64,000 bases of DNA. It comes from Macrostomum lignano. Taxonomy: Eukaryota. This document shows, one piece after another, positions 63,198 through 64,000 of the stretch. The stretch covers positions 1-64,000 of the forward strand of contig NIVC01003770.1 in NCBI GenBank assembly GCA_002269645.1, in the 5' to 3' direction. A program made the translations under genes and the position numbers. Positions within the stretch are counted from its first letter, which is position 1, and each line of letters begins with the position of its first letter. Under the pieces are notes generated by a model. That model saw nothing but the letters and a program-made list of their open reading frames with translations, had not been told where the DNA came from and searched no databases.

Positions 63198-64000
63198 CTG
63201 CAGAATATGTGGAGACAAAAAACTACTTACATAAACTAATAAAAATCATTTGTCTCACTTGAAACCCTAAACAAAAATACTATTTGGAGACTAAGGATTG
63301 CAACAACTTCAATATGAAATTGATTAAAGAACCATTAACATTACTGCACCTTACTATAAATGATCCTAGTTTATCACAACATAACAACAAGTTGACTTAG
63401 TTTGCATGGGTGTGTGCACCTGAGCAAACTGGCTTTAGTGATCAGTCAAGGTGCATTCTCTTTCCTCACATTATGAGGCAATCTACATTATGAGGCTCAT
63501 AAAATTGCTTGTGCTCATTCTTTGCAAGATGGGCATGTTAATTTGAAGCAGTGCCATGGTAGGCCTAACCTAGCCACAGTGATTCAAGGTAAGCATACTG
63601 CCTTCTTAGCACCAATTTTGTTGTTTATTGATTTATTATCCTAAATTTGGATCCTGAATGCCAAATTGGCAAACACTTTTCAAGCTAGGAAGCATTTATT
63701 TTAAATCTACCTATACTAAATATCTTAAGTTCTATTCTATCTATGCAGCATTAGCTGCCCATGGTTGCCAGGGGTTAGCAAAATGGGCAGCAATACCTCC
63801 TCGCTGTTTCCAGACACATAGAGCCCCTGCAGCTAAGCCAAGTAAGTCATGTATTGTATTTTCTAAAATTTATATTTTATTTAAAGTTATTTCAAAACAA
63901 TTTTAATAAATATCTATTCTAGAATCAAGACAGACAAGAGTGATTAATAACTCACCTATGCTTAAAAGACTGGCATAACTAGGTTATACTTCAGGCTTTT

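Overview
This is eukaryotic (animal) genomic DNA with spliceosomal GT-AG introns, GC-rich exons and very dense intronic and intergenic mini/microsatellites. The style resembles the flatworm Macrostomum, but that is inference only. The dominant gene is an L-type voltage-gated calcium channel alpha-1 subunit (Cav1) on the minus strand. I traced it exon by exon from ATG 33131 to 6495 with every splice phase consistent (about 1297 codons; N-terminus, domains I-III and the start of the III-IV linker). It has a tandem pair of 107-nt mutually exclusive IIIS3 exons, two in-frame charged cassette-like microexons in the I-II loop, a divergent AID and altered dihydropyridine-site residues. No domain IV exon is visible before three other genes begin. 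Those genes are an intronless mini-Crumbs (LamG-EGF-EGF-TM-ERLI, split by a 1-bp frameshift), a 3-exon PYROXD2 and a small secreted twin-CX3C protein. The right end holds a 3-exon single-Ig-like receptor, an orphan type I membrane protein and part of a Ser/Thr-rich gene. Mobile DNA includes a near-intact mariner, two tRNA-derived SINEs, a LINE 3' remnant and a possible MITE. About 30 distinct tandem arrays are present, and one reads as an indel-free pentapeptide-repeat ORF. All coordinates were read by eye; array boundaries are approximate.
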